A DNA stretch of 63,771 nucleotides, filler included, from an uncultured Gemmatimonadota bacterium (GCA_964576115.1; 4 parts of 4 records of this genome joined end to end with filler, not necessarily neighbours in it), one strand, 5' to 3'; shown: positions 20,124 to 31,943, counted from the whole stretch's first letter. Numbers and translations: made by a program. The notes: generated by a model not told the origin, from the sequence alone.

Positions 20124-22840
20124 ACCGGCTCACTGGCAGAATCCTGCGTCTGATACTGGGTGAGGCGGAGGCACGCATCCTGCGGAGCGAACTCGTTGAG
20201 ATGCACGATCACAGAGCCGCCACGGGAGATCGGGCGGCAGCGGGGCGCCGGTACCGGCGAGAATTGCGACGGGCGTGCTTGCGGACCGCCCTGACAAGAC
20301 TCAGATACGGGCGGATCCGTGATGAGTCGGTGGTCATGAACGCCCGACGATCCCGTAAACAGAACCACCCGGATCCCGGGAGACCCGAGAGAAACCTCCG
20401 CTTCACCATCACCCGGGATATCCGCCACACAACCCGCATGCTCATGAAGAGTCCGCTCTTCTCACTCACCGCCATCCTCTGCATGGGTATCGGTATCGGC
20501 GCCAACGTCGTCTGCCTGCCCTTTCTGAAAGGCGTCCTGCTCGATCCGCTGCCCTATGAACAGCCGGACCGGCTCATACACTGTCTGGTGGCGGAACATC
20601 AGGCCGGATACAGCCGGATGGCCGTGTCCTATCCCGATTTCGAAGACTTCCGGTCCCTGAACCGGACCTTCGACGATATGGGCGCCACCCGTTGGGGCGC
20701 GCTGACATTGACCGGTCGGGAGGAGCCGGAACGGATCATGGGGGCGTGGATCACCCACAACCTGCCCGCCCTTCTCGGACGGGAGCCGGTTCTGGGACGA
20801 TCGATCCGCCCCGAAGAGGATCGTCCCGGATCTCAGCCGGTGGTTCTTGTCAGCGAGGATCTCTGGCGACGGCGGTTCAGGGCCGATCCGGAACTGATAG
20901 GGGAATCGATCCAGCTGGACGGCATTCCCCATACGGTGATCGGGGTCATGCCCGCCGACTTCCATTTCCCCTCGACGGCACTGGTCTGGATGCCCCTGCA
21001 GGGTGATCCCCACGGATCGCGGGGAAGTTACAGCCTGAGTGTCATCGGTCGGATGAACGAGGGGATCGACCTCGACCAGGCCCGGAACGATCTGAATGAA
21101 GTCGCCCGACGGATAAACGCCGCTCATCCCGATCTCCCACGGGAAATCGGGGCGGTCCTTGAAACCATGCAGACGATGGTGAAAGGAGATGTCCGTCCGG
21201 CGGCTCTGCTCTTTCAGGGGGTGGTGCTGTTCATTCTCCTCCTGGTCGGTGCGAACCTGGCCGGCATCCTGCTGGTGCGTGGTACGGCCAGGAGCCGGGA
21301 AATCGCCATCAGGGCCACCCTGGGGGCCGGACGGGGCCGGATCTTCCAGCTCCTGATAACCGAAAGCATGTTGATTGCACTGGCCGGTGGAGGGGTGGGA
21401 CTGCTGCTGGGATGGCTGGGACAGAACCTTCTTCTGGCGGCCATCCGATTGCCCATTCCGCCTCATTTCGATTTCTCGATCGATCTCACGGTCCTGGCCA
21501 TTCTGACCGGTCTGACGGCCCTGTGCGGTGTCCTGTTCGGGCTGTTCCCGGCCCTCGATCTGTCCCGTTCCGATCTGGCCCCGCTTCTCAACAGCGAGAG
21601 CACCCGATCGTCAGCCGGTTCCCGGACGAATCGATTCCGTTCCTGCCTGGTGGTCGGTGAGATCGCCCTGACGCTCACTCTGCTCACCGGCACGACCCTG
21701 CTGGCGAAAGGATTTCTGTCGCTGAAGCAGATAGATCAGGGCTTCGAGACTGAAAACCTGCTGACGGCACCGATCCCGCTCGCCGGTCCCCGGTACGAAG
21801 AGGATCACCAGCCTATCGCCTTTCACGAAGATCTCTGTGAGCGACTCACGGCCATACCGGGCATCGTGAGTGCAGCCGCAACCTCCGAGATCCCCGACGG
21901 TTTTCTCGGGCTGGGAGCACCTGTCTTCGTGGAGGGGTCAGATCCTCCCGAGGGACCTTTCCCGCCCGCCGTGACGCACCAGATCATCACGCCGGACTAT
22001 TTCACCGTACTCGGTATTACTCCCCTGGCCGGACGGTCTTTCGAATATCGGGACCGGGCAGGTGCCGGGCCGGAAGTGGCGATCGTGAACGAAGCTTTTG
22101 TCGAGCGCTGGTTTCCCGAGGCTGATCCGATCGGTCGGCGCCTCGCCTACTGGGGACCGCCCGATCGGGACGAGGACTGGATCTACATCGTCGGTGTGGT
22201 TCCCGACATCCATAATCGCGGTTTCGGTCAACCGATCCGGCCGGCGGTATATCGACCGTACGCCCAGAGCCCTCTCATGAGCCGTCCCGCGCAGATGCAG
22301 CTGCTCCTGCGCACCGGCACCGATCCGATCGCTCTGGCCGAGACCGTGCGGACAGAGATTCGCGCGATCGACCCTGGTATTCCTCTCCCCCGGTTCTTCA
22401 CCCTGGAACAGGCTCTCACGGAAGAGAACTGGGAACAGCACCTTTTCATGGTGGTGTTCGGGGTCTTTTCCGTCATCGCCCTGATTCTGACCGTGGTGGG
22501 TGTCTACGGTGTCGTGGCGTATTCGGTGGAGAAACGACTGGGCGAGATCGGCATTCGTTCGGCCCTGGGCGCCGGGCCGGGAGATATCATCACCATGATC
22601 ATGCGGCAGGGGGCGGGTCTGACCGCCCTCGGTCTCATGACCGGGCTGATCCTGTCCATGGCCCTGATGAAGTTTGTGTCCAGCATGGCTTTCGGCGTCG
22701 CGACAACCGGTCCGGTACTCTACGCCATCGCCACTGGCACTATCACCGGAGCCATGCTCCTGGCTACGTATCTGCCCGTTCGCCGGGCGACGCGTCTTGA
22801 TCCGGCGATCATACTCCAGCGGAAAGGACCGGATAGATGA
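20120..22840 (+). CDS. Duplicated orphan ABC permease (ADOP-like; two MacB-PCD/FtsX halves)
   Basis: PLPY..PDRL, SYPDFED, REIAIRATLGAGRGR, EIGIRSALGA; ATGA overlap with padR. Confidence 0.85.
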   Translation: MNRLTGRILRLILGEAEARILRSELVEMHDHRAATGDRAAAGRRYRRELRRACLRTALTRLRYGRIRDESVVMNARRSRKQNHPDPGRPERNLRFTITRDIRHTTRMLMKSPLFSLTAILCMGIGIGANVVCLPFLKGVLLDPLPYEQPDRLIHCLVAEHQAGYSRMAVSYPDFEDFRSLNRTFDDMGATRWGALTLTGREEPERIMGAWITHNLPALLGREPVLGRSIRPEEDRPGSQPVVLVSEDLWRRRFRADPELIGESIQLDGIPHTVIGVMPADFHFPSTALVWMPLQGDPHGSRGSYSLSVIGRMNEGIDLDQARNDLNEVARRINAAHPDLPREIGAVLETMQTMVKGDVRPAALLFQGVVLFILLLVGANLAGILLVRGTARSREIAIRATLGAGRGRIFQLLITESMLIALAGGGVGLLLGWLGQNLLLAAIRLPIPPHFDFSIDLTVLAILTGLTALCGVLFGLFPALDLSRSDLAPLLNSESTRSSAGSRTNRFRSCLVVGEIALTLTLLTGTTLLAKGFLSLKQIDQGFETENLLTAPIPLAGPRYEEDHQPIAFHEDLCERLTAIPGIVSAAATSEIPDGFLGLGAPVFVEGSDPPEGPFPPAVTHQIITPDYFTVLGITPLAGRSFEYRDRAGAGPEVAIVNEAFVERWFPEADPIGRRLAYWGPPDRDEDWIYIVGVVPDIHNRGFGQPIRPAVYRPYAQSPLMSRPAQMQLLLRTGTDPIALAETVRTEIRAIDPGIPLPRFFTLEQALTEENWEQHLFMVVFGVFSVIALILTVVGVYGVVAYSVEKRLGEIGIRSALGAGPGDIITMIMRQGAGLTALGLMTGLILSMALMKFVSSMAFGVATTGPVLYAIATGTITGAMLLATYLPVRRATRLDPAIILQRKGPDR

Positions 22841-24096
22841 AGGTATTCTCCCGGGGCCTGAAGGTGATACATATCCCTCAGAACACGGTTCTCTTCACGA
22901 TCGCGTTCCTGGTCTGTTTCGGCTGTGTTCCCCCGTCCGCCCCGGCCGACCAGCACCAGACTCCGACCCGTACCGAACCCCTGGTGAATGTCTATCACCA
23001 ACCGGTCCCTTTCACCAGCGGCGGCAAGACCCTTCTGACCTATGAACTGTGGCTTTCCAATCTGTCGTTCGAGGACATGGTCCTGGATAGTATCGCGATC
23101 GTCGATATCTCGAAGGACCGGGACACACCTCTGAAAACGTATTCCGGGTTTCTGCTCAATCGATGCTCGGCCCGGCTCATGAAGCGCCAGAAGCACTCCG
23201 AAGTACGCTTGGTTGCAGGTTGGACGATGGTCGTCTTTCTTCAGCTGGAATTCGAGGACCGGGCGGACGTACCTGACACCCTGCAGCATCGGATCGATTT
23301 CACGACTATCGAGAGGAAGCGGTGGCTGTTCCTGTTCGGGTGTGACGGCGGGCGTACCCCGGCTTCGATACGGATCGAGACTGCGGTCGCTCAGGAAGAG
23401 CCGGTCATCATCGGTCCACCCCTCCGGGATGGTCTCTGGATGGTCTACGGATGCCCGGGTGAAGAAGGATTCCTTCGTCACCGGGGATCGCACCGTCCGC
23501 ACGCCGGTCGACCGGTCGATCGGGCCCGCTATGCGATCGACTTCATCGGAGTGAATGAGCAGGGTCGTGAACACGAAGGCCCCCCCGATCTGAACAGCAG
23601 CTGGTTCGGCTATGGTGCCGATGTCATCGCCTGTGCTGAAGGAACCGTCGTGGCCGTCCACGACGGCATTCCGGAGAACCGAGGCCCGGCCCGCGCCGTT
23701 CCGATGAACTCTTATGAGAACATCGCGGGCAACTTCGTGATCCTCGATATCGGCAGTGGTCGATACGCACACTATGCCCACCTGAAGACCGGCGGCATCT
23801 GCGTCCGGCAGGGTGAGAGGGTCACCACCGGGCAGCTCCTGGGACAACTCGGCAATTCAGGCAATTCCACCGCTCCCCATCTGCATTTTCATATCTGTGA
23901 CAGCGATGACCTGATCGGTGAAGGTCTGCCCTTCGTGTTCCACGAGTATGAATATCTGGGCGGCGGTGAGGCTGCTGACCCGGTTCTCAGAGCCTTCGAG
24001 CGCATGGGTGTGTCACCACCCGTGCCCGCGGTAACACCGGGGATTCGACGCAACGAGGTGCCGGGAGAGAGGTTCATCATACGTTTCTTCCGTTGA
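22837..24096 (+). CDS. M23-family metallopeptidase, probable lipoprotein
   Basis: YAIDF, YAHLK, GNSGNSTAPHLHF; ATGA overlap with permease. Confidence 0.8.
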   Translation: MKVFSRGLKVIHIPQNTVLFTIAFLVCFGCVPPSAPADQHQTPTRTEPLVNVYHQPVPFTSGGKTLLTYELWLSNLSFEDMVLDSIAIVDISKDRDTPLKTYSGFLLNRCSARLMKRQKHSEVRLVAGWTMVVFLQLEFEDRADVPDTLQHRIDFTTIERKRWLFLFGCDGGRTPASIRIETAVAQEEPVIIGPPLRDGLWMVYGCPGEEGFLRHRGSHRPHAGRPVDRARYAIDFIGVNEQGREHEGPPDLNSSWFGYGADVIACAEGTVVAVHDGIPENRGPARAVPMNSYENIAGNFVILDIGSGRYAHYAHLKTGGICVRQGERVTTGQLLGQLGNSGNSTAPHLHFHICDSDDLIGEGLPFVFHEYEYLGGGEAADPVLRAFERMGVSPPVPAVTPGIRRNEVPGERFIIRFFR

Positions 24097-24178
24097 TTCA
24101 CTTACAGATCAACATCTTATAGGAACTCTCGTCACACCGCTAACTGGTCGCAGTTCCGGCTCCTGAAACCGTTTCCAC

Positions 24179-26881
24179 TCACTCCCGTCTGAGTGCTTCG
24201 ACCGGATCCACCCGGGCCGCCCGGCGCGCCGGGAGATAGCTCGCTGCCAGGACGGCCGATAGGAGCAACAGCGCCACCAGGACCAGCGTTCCCTGATCGA
24301 GGGGATCGACCTCGAAGAGGAAATCCTCGATGACGGGAACGGCCGTCAGCGTGACCGCCAGCCCCACTGCCATGCCGAGACCCAGATAGGCGAGGCTGCG
24401 ACGCACGATGTCACGCACGACTTTCCTTTTGTCAGCACCCAGCGCCATACGGATACCGATTTCGCTGGTGCGTTGCGAGACCGCGTGGGCGAGCACGCCG
24501 AAAACGCCGACGACCGATAATAGGATCGCCAGGCCGGCCAGGGAACTCAGGAGCACCGTCCTGATTCGCGGCCCGGTAACGGATCGGCTGATATGCTCTT
24601 CCACCGTGGAGAGCGAAGAGATAGGCAGGTCGGGGTCGAAACTGGATACGGTTTCCTGCACCGCGGGAATAACTGATTCTGGGGGAATCGTGGTTTTGAG
24701 CAAAATCACCTGGTTGCTTCTGGCCCACATATCATCATCGACCGGAAAATAGACCGTCGGATACGGTTCGGCATTGAGTCGCTCACGCACATCGCCGACG
24801 ATGCCGACGATAATGGACCAGGGATTGGTACTGTCAAGGTGTCCGAGTTTCAGGCGTTGGCCGATCGCATCCTCATGAGGCCAGTAGGTCTGTGCCAGGT
24901 TGGCGCTCACGATGGCCGCCGGTACGGCGCCGTCGATTTCCTCGGGAGTGAAAGGTCGGCCTGAGAGCAACGGGATCCCCATGATCTCGCCGTACGATTC
25001 TGAGATCATATTGACGCGCAGATTCGTATCCACCGGACCGGTTGGCGTTACGACGACGGCGCCGTTGGACCAGGACCACCCCCCCAGGAAGGGACCGCAG
25101 GTGGACCGGGCAACCGCGGTGACTCCCGGCACTGCCTCGAGTGCCCGCTGGAGTTCGCGATAGGCTGTCGTCACCTGATCAGTTGAGGCGTATCGCTCGC
25201 CGTGTATCTGGAGCCGCAGGGTGAGAACACCCTCAGCCTCAAATCCAGGCTCGATCGTGATGAGTCGAACAAAACTCTTGGTGATCAATCCCGCCCCGGT
25301 AAGCAAAACGAAGGTCAGGGCGATTTCACAGACGAGCAGGATCGACTGCCGGCGGGTGCGGCGTCTGCCACTCGACGTCCCCCGGCCGGAGTCCTGCAGA
25401 ACAGTCGTCAAACTTGTGCGCACGGCACCCAGGGCCGGCATCAGTCCGACGATGACGCCGGTGAGGACGGATAAAGCTGCCGTGAAGATCAGAACGCGAT
25501 GATCCAGACCGACCTCGACCAGGCGGGGTGTTCCTGCCGGCATGAGGGCAACGAGAGGTCTCAATCCTGCGACAGCGAGCAGCAGACCCAGCATGCCGCC
25601 GGCGACCGAAACCGCCACGCTTTCGGTGAGCAGCTGTCCGAGCAGCCGGGCGCGGCCGGCGCCGAGTGAGGAGCGGATGGCGAGTTCGCGGCGGCGTTCT
25701 GTAGCCCTCACAAGGAGCAGATTGGCGATGTTGACACAGGCAATGAAGAGAAAGAGCCCGACAGTACCCAACAGGAGCAGCAGGGCGGGTCGGATATCAC
25801 CGACGACCTCATCGTACAACCACTCGAGATGGAAACCGTAATTCCGGTCGGGGATGGGGTGAATCTCATTGAGCCGTTCCTGCAGCGCCGCCATGTCGCG
25901 CTGGGCTTGCTCCAGAGTAATGCCGGGCCTGAGACGCGCCACCGATTCGGCGAACTGATTGTTGCGGGGACGCAATCGGTCCGAGTCGGGAAATGTCACC
26001 CACAGCTCACTATCGTCGGGAAAGGAGAAACCCCGCGGCATGATACCGACGATGGTGTAGCTCTGCTCATCCAACGATATGGTCCGGCTGATGACATCGG
26101 GATCTGCTCCGAAGCGTTGCTGCCACAGACCGTAACTCAGAAGGGCGAGATTCGGACCGCCCACCACATCTTCCTGCGGCAGAAAAGTGCGGCCGAGCAA
26201 CGGCGCCACCCCGAGAGCGTCGAAGACACCATGGCTTGCCCGGATGGCCTGAATCACCTCGGGTCGGTCGCCTCCCGTGAGAGTATAGTTCGCAGTGCAG
26301 TAGAGGCCGAGGGCCTCGAAAACGGTATTCATCTCGAGCCAGTTTTCATACACCGGGTACGCGATACCGAGCCGGTTCCAGGCGGCACGCAGGCTCGGAT
26401 TGGGACTTTCCAGCCAGTGGGGATGCGTCTGCCAGGGAGTAACCAGGCGGTCGGGTTCGGCATAGGGGAGCGGCCGGAGCAGAATACCGTTCACCAGGCT
26501 GAAGATGACCGTGTTCGCACCGATACCCAGGGCGAAGATCATCATCACGGTACAGAAGAACGCCGGTTTGCGAGCCAATGACCGTATGGTATAGCCGAGA
26601 TCCTGTCGCAGGGTGTCCCCGATCGAGTTCGTTCTTTTCCCGCCGGGGTCGCGGGGGTGTCTGGTGAAGCGCTCGAGGGTGCCGTCGCGTACCGCGTGCC
26701 AGAGGGCGCGTGTCATCACTCTCGCCCGGGCGAACCTGATGCCTCGCATCTGCAGCGAAGCCAGCTGGTCGGTATAGGTGTTGACGAGATCCTCGCCGTA
26801 GGCATCGCGGAACGTCCGGGGGTAGGCGTACAGCAGAAAGAGTAGACAGCGTCGGAAGAGTATCTGTCGGTTGTTCTTCAT
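24179..26881 (-). CDS. Duplicated orphan ABC permease (ADOP-like)
   Basis: YPRTFRDAYGE N-domain, QDLGYTIRSL, RELAIRSSLGAGR, PARRAARVDPVEALRRE; start moved to 26881. Confidence 0.85.
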   Translation of the reverse strand: MKNNRQILFRRCLLFLLYAYPRTFRDAYGEDLVNTYTDQLASLQMRGIRFARARVMTRALWHAVRDGTLERFTRHPRDPGGKRTNSIGDTLRQDLGYTIRSLARKPAFFCTVMMIFALGIGANTVIFSLVNGILLRPLPYAEPDRLVTPWQTHPHWLESPNPSLRAAWNRLGIAYPVYENWLEMNTVFEALGLYCTANYTLTGGDRPEVIQAIRASHGVFDALGVAPLLGRTFLPQEDVVGGPNLALLSYGLWQQRFGADPDVISRTISLDEQSYTIVGIMPRGFSFPDDSELWVTFPDSDRLRPRNNQFAESVARLRPGITLEQAQRDMAALQERLNEIHPIPDRNYGFHLEWLYDEVVGDIRPALLLLLGTVGLFLFIACVNIANLLLVRATERRRELAIRSSLGAGRARLLGQLLTESVAVSVAGGMLGLLLAVAGLRPLVALMPAGTPRLVEVGLDHRVLIFTAALSVLTGVIVGLMPALGAVRTSLTTVLQDSGRGTSSGRRRTRRQSILLVCEIALTFVLLTGAGLITKSFVRLITIEPGFEAEGVLTLRLQIHGERYASTDQVTTAYRELQRALEAVPGVTAVARSTCGPFLGGWSWSNGAVVVTPTGPVDTNLRVNMISESYGEIMGIPLLSGRPFTPEEIDGAVPAAIVSANLAQTYWPHEDAIGQRLKLGHLDSTNPWSIIVGIVGDVRERLNAEPYPTVYFPVDDDMWARSNQVILLKTTIPPESVIPAVQETVSSFDPDLPISSLSTVEEHISRSVTGPRIRTVLLSSLAGLAILLSVVGVFGVLAHAVSQRTSEIGIRMALGADKRKVVRDIVRRSLAYLGLGMAVGLAVTLTAVPVIEDFLFEVDPLDQGTLVLVALLLLSAVLAASYLPARRAARVDPVEALRRE

Positions 26882-26888
26882 CACGCAC

Positions 26889-27263
26889 CTATTCCGCTCG
26901 GGCGGCGAGCGTCTGCACCAGGCTCGTTTCAGAAAGTGCCACCAGTCGGGCCGCCTCGGCGGCAAGGACGCGGTGCCCGAAATCGGTGAGCCGGTAGTAG
27001 CGCCGGCGCTCATCGTCCTGGCCAGCTGCCGGACGCCGGTCACTCTCGGCGACGACCCCCGCCTGCACCATTCGCTTGAGGCGGCGATAGAGCGGGCTGG
27101 GATTCAGAGTGATTTCCCCCCCGGTTGTCTCTTCCACAGCCTTCATGATTCCGTACCCGTGGCAGTCCTCTTCACTCAGGGCGAGCAGGATGTGAAACAG
27201 GTCCGGTGCGAGCGGCAGGAACGATCGGGGATCGGGATCGGTTCTGTTCCGTGATCGGGTCAT
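26889..27263 (-). CDS. PadR-family transcriptional regulator
   Basis: FHILLAL...HGYGIM, RRRYYRLTDFG. Confidence 0.85.
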   Translation of the reverse strand: MTRSRNRTDPDPRSFLPLAPDLFHILLALSEEDCHGYGIMKAVEETTGGEITLNPSPLYRRLKRMVQAGVVAESDRRPAAGQDDERRRYYRLTDFGHRVLAAEAARLVALSETSLVQTLAARAE

Positions 27264-27292
27264 AAAGCACTCCCAATTGGGGACCGTGGTAC

Positions 27293-27345
27293 TATAGACC
27301 GTTGGGCTATAATATCGGTACGGCGGTTGCCCCGGAAAGGTTGCC
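27293..27345 (-). promoter_or_regulatory. ECF-sigma-like promoter plus palindrome upstream of padR
   Basis: Minus strand GGCAAC(27345-27340)-N17-CGTA(27322-27319); TATAGAC-N5-GGCTATA at 27293-27311. Confidence 0.6.
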
Positions 27346-27600
27346 CTTTTTGATGCCTGCGTCGCCCGCGGCCTTCACGGGCATCCGGAGAACCGCGATG
27401 GTCGCTGCTGAACGCAGGATCGAACAGGTTCCCGCGATTCCGTCCCAGGAATAACGCTTCTGATCTTTCTTTGTGCTCAGAGTACATACGCAGGAATCCA
27501 CAGGGGGTTCTCTGCAACGCTGTGTCTGGTTGATGCAGGGCATCCAGTTGTAGGCTATGATCTGCGCGAAGACCCTGTGCTCATCACAGTGCGAGGAATC

Positions 27601-28436
27601 ATGAAGAGAATCTGTCTCTGCCTTCTCTCCGGTCTGATCCTGCTCAGTGCCTGTTCGACCAACAGGCTGGCTCGTTACGAATTCCGGGACACGACTACTG
27701 CGGCGCAGACATTCATGCCTCCGGGTGCGAATGTCTTCACCGATCTGGATGTCATGATCGATCCGGACGATCTTCTCGGCTCCGCCCTCCGGATCGGTAC
27801 CACCGTCGCACGGGAAGTCGAAGCGGAGAAGGCTCGAGCCCGACTTGACAGCGCCATGGCGATGGTGGATGTGCCGGCCATCATCGAAGAAAGGGTGCTT
27901 TTTCGAGCCGCAGAAATGCTGCATTTTCGGCCGGTGAACGAAGTCCGGTCGGCTGACTTCGTCTTCACGATTGACATGAAACGCTACGGCATCGATGCCA
28001 GCGGTTGGGATTCCGGTACCTTTTTCGTCATCGACGCCCGGATCGAACTGATCGACAATACCGCGCATCGCCGGATCTGGCGGGGTAACGTGAACGAGCG
28101 CGAACCGCTGTCGCCGCGCTTTTTCGATCTCGATCGTCCGCTCGAAAATGTCCTGGATGCCGTTACTCTCTCAGAACTATCCGTCCATGAGATGGTCACC
28201 GGTCTGTCGAANNNNNNNNNNNNNNNNNNNNNNNNNNNNNNNNNNNNNNNNNNNNNNNNNNNNNNNNNNNNNNNNNNNNNNNNNNNNNNNNNNNNNNNNN
28301 NNNNNNNNNNNATGCCGTTACTCTCTCAGAACTATCCGTCCATGAGATGGTCACCGGTCTGTCGAATCTGGCTGAATACGGCGCCGGTCTGATGGCTGAG
28401 AAACTGTACCGGGATTTCATCAGGTCGCACCGGTAG
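27601..28436 (+). CDS. Hypothetical lipoprotein, split by a spurious scaffold gap
   Basis: Lipobox LSAC; collapsing the 55-bp duplicate flanking the gap restores ...VTGLSNLAEYGAGLMAEKLYRDFIRSHR*. Confidence 0.65.
28157..28366. repeat. 55-bp exact direct repeat flanking the 100-N gap (assembly overlap)
   Basis: 28157-28211 is identical to 28312-28366. Confidence 0.9.
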
Positions 28437-28594
28437 GTACAACCGGGAGACGCATCAATCTTCCTGGAACCATCTCTCGGCCCTGCGGTCTGTACTCATA
28501 CCAATGCCTTGCGCGTGCAGCCCGATTCTGTGTTATGGATAGAGGAACGATCCGTCCCGCGGACCCGTGAGGTTCACTGCTGAAAGAAGCAACA

Positions 28595-29825
28595 ATGCCC
28601 GGATCCCATGACAGGCCACCCTGGATCACGCGCTCTGTTCGCTGGAGCACACTCCGTTCCCGCAGGGTCATACCCGGCCTGGTTCTGCTTCTCGCGGCGG
28701 CAGGCTGTTCGAACACTCCTCCGGACGGTCACCGGTTCCGCGAATACGTCGAGAACGGGGTGGAAGTGGCGGAGAACTCCGGGGGGCCGCGCTTTGCGGA
28801 CGACCTGTTCACATACGAGGAACTCGTCACGCTGCAGCAGGATACGAGTCACCCGGAATCCCTGATCTACCACAGCGGACGTCCCCTCTTCCCCTGGGAT
28901 GAGAAGGGATTCTTCGTCGACGAGCAGGGGCGCTATTTCATCCGGGACCGGGGCAACTACCGGATCGCGGTCTTCGACCCGGTCGGCTGTTATGAGAGGA
29001 GCATCGGGCGTCAGGGGCAGGGGCCCGGCGAACTCTCCGATGCCTTCGACATGATCGATCTCTCCGGGGGCATTCTCGAGGTCTACGATGTGGCGATGTC
29101 CCGCACCTCGTGGTTCGCCACAGACGGTGGATTCATCAGGTCGGTGCGCGGCCGGGGCTGGCCTGTCCCCGGGCAGGATGCGTTCCTGCGTATCGCCGAG
29201 GCGGGTGAGTATGACGTGGATCAGAATCTGTCGCTCTGTGCCGGTTTCCTGGCCGCCACAGCGCAGGGCGATACGCTCGGTTTCGTTCAGACCGAGCAGG
29301 TCCGCCACAAGTACGCCTTTGCCTCACCGGCAGGCGGGCGGGGGGGTATGTCGCGGCCCGATCTGCCCTTCACCTCCCGTCCCGTCACCCGGCTCCTGAC
29401 CGACGGCAGTGTGATTCTGACGACGGGGATCGAGCCGGTCCTGCACTGGTATTGTATTGATGGTTCTCTGCAGAAGAGAATCGTGCTGGGCTTTCCCCCC
29501 CGGCCGGTGACGGCTGCGGACCGCCAGGCTTTCATCGCCGATCTTGAATCCCGGATGGCGTCAGCCGAGGGCGTGGAGCGGGAGCATCTGGCGCAGATGC
29601 GGGATGCCGTTCCGTTCCCGGAATACAGGACCTTCTGCAGTTACATCTTCCTCGATGACAAAGGGTACCTCTGGCTGGAGGTATACGAGGAGGCTTATGA
29701 GCGCGCAGCCCGGGGGGGCGTTCTCTACCACGTTCTCAGCCCCGGGGGCGAATATCTGGGCGATACCCGGGCCCCGGCTGTCGGGCGGGTCATGCGCGAC
29801 CGCCTGCTCGGTCAGGTGACCGATC
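28595..29825 (+). CDS. 6-bladed beta-propeller lipoprotein; 3' end in gap
   Basis: Lipobox AAGC, FIRDRGNYRIAVFD, IGRQGQGPGE, LDDKGYLW. Confidence 0.7.
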
Positions 29826-29925
29826 NNNNNNNNNNNNNNNNNNNNNNNNNNNNNNNNNNNNNNNNNNNNNNNNNNNNNNNNNNNNNNNNNNNNNNNNNNN
29901 NNNNNNNNNNNNNNNNNNNNNNNNN

Positions 29926-31943
29926 AGATTCGAATAGTCGTCGGTCCAGAGACGGGTCGCGGGGTCTGTTCCGAGAACTCGCCACTGCGGGTCGGCGGCA
30001 AATGCAGCCAGGTTCTGCGCCCGGGAAGCAAGAACGACCCAGGTCGATGCCGCTCGTTCCCGGCGCTGATCCTCCGGTGCAATGGCATCATCGACTCTGA
30101 TGAACGAGACCCACCCCAGGGAGCGGGAAAGGGCGCCCAGGACCGGTTCCAGGTCGACATGCGTGTTGGAGATATGGAACGCCAGCAGTCCGCCGGGAGA
30201 CAGGCGCGACATATACAGGGCGACCGCCTCACGGGTGATTGTGTGGACCGGAATGGCATCTGATCCATAGGCATCAAGGACGATCAGATCGAAGGCGCCC
30301 TCCGCACGTTCCGCAATCGAGATCCGTCCGTCCCCGAGGACGATCTGCCAGGTGGCCTTACAGTCGGAAAGGTAGCTGAAGAAGCGGGGCTCGACGGCGA
30401 TCTCGGCCACCGCCGGATCGATCTCGAAGAAGGTCCACCGCTGGTCTCGAGTACCGTAGGCCGCCAGCGTTCCGGCTCCGAGCCCGATGACACCGACCCG
30501 GGCCGACGGGAACCGTTCTGCCGCGACCGACATGATATCGCCGGCCGGCCCGCTCGGATGGAAGTATAGGAGCGGAGTCGCGCGCTGTGATTCCGCTTTA
30601 TTCTGCAGCCCGTGCCGCGTCGTGCCGTGCACGAGGCTGGTAAAGGTGTGTTCATTCTGCTCATAGCGGATCACCCGACTGACACCGAAGAAGGAACGCC
30701 TGGCGTGGATCGATCTGCCGGCGCGTCCGAAGCCCCAGAAGATCATGCCGGCCGCCAGAATGCCGCCGACCGCATATCCGAACCGCCGCCGGTTGCGACG
30801 GGTCAATACACCGGCCCCGGGGATCGTGAGTGCCAGCAGGAGGAGTGCGAGCGGGTATTCCAGAACCCGGGTGAAGAGAAGCGGTGCAACGAGAGCGTTA
30901 AAGAGACCGCCGATGGCCCCGCCGGCAGCAATCCAGACATAGAATCGGGTCAGATCCTCCGCAGGAGGTCGCGACCGGTGGAGTTCTCCGTGACAGAGCA
31001 TGGCGGCCAGGAAGAAGGTGACGAGGTGCAGCGGGTAGACCAGGGCAACCGGACGGGTGGCCTGAATGATCAACAGCAGAACGAGGGGGATCAGGGCAGC
31101 GGCAAAGATCCGCACCACCAGCCGCTGCGAGAGCAGTGTCCGGCGTGCGAAGACCAGGACGAAGGTGAGCAGATAGAGAGCCAGCGGTATCACCCAGAGA
31201 AGAGGAATGACGGCGATATCGGTGGTGATGTACTGCGTTACCCCGAGCAGCAGGCTCGAAGGCAGAAAGGCGTACCAGATCCAGCGCAGGGTCGTACGGG
31301 TCGACCTGTTGGTTCGAACCGCTCCGGTCGATGAAACCTCTCTGATGTCCTTCCGCCTCGAGGCAATCACGCCGCTGATGACGATCGCAATCACGGCCAG
31401 GCCGTAGAGCAGGCTCCAGATACGGCTCTGCCCGCTCAGGGGCAGGATCCACTCCAGCAGGAATGGATAGGCGAGCAGGGCCGAGAGGCTGCCGAGATTG
31501 CTGGCTGCATACAGAAAGTACGGATCGGGCGCATCGGGATGCCCGGTTCGAACAAACCACTTTTGCAGCAGCGGGGCGGTGGTGGTGACTGCGAAAAAGG
31601 GTAATGCCGCCAGCAGGGTCAGCCTGACCAGAAGCCAGAAGGTCGGGTTCCGGACTCCCGCCGGCGGACTCGCCACGGCCAGGGTGATCGGCAGAAAGAA
31701 GAGGGGGAGGCAGAGCACGACGATGTGAACGAGGAGCTGGCGTCCCGGTGACAGACGGCTGACCAGGAAATGGACCCAGGCGTACCCGGCGAGCAGGACC
31801 GCCTGGAAGAAGAGCAGGCAGGTGGTCCAGACCGCCGGGGCGCCGCCGAGCAGGGGCAACACCATCTTCCCGACCATCGGCTGCAGGGAGAAGGCGAGAA
31901 AAGCGCTCAGGAAAAGCGCGCTCACGTAGCAGAGAAGAATCAG
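29926..31943 (-). CDS. Membrane protein fused to spermidine-synthase-like SAM-binding domain; 3' end in gap
   Basis: QPMVGKMVLPLLGG.PAVW, HGTTRHG, VIGLGAG, EIDP, GDGR, LDAY, LWTDDYSN; probable CTG start at 31943 (GTG 31925 alternative). Confidence 0.8.

Noticed and set aside
28595-31925. ORFs reading through the 29826-29925 gap
   Set aside because: Two convergent genes each lose their 3' end in the gap, so translations across the Ns are artefacts
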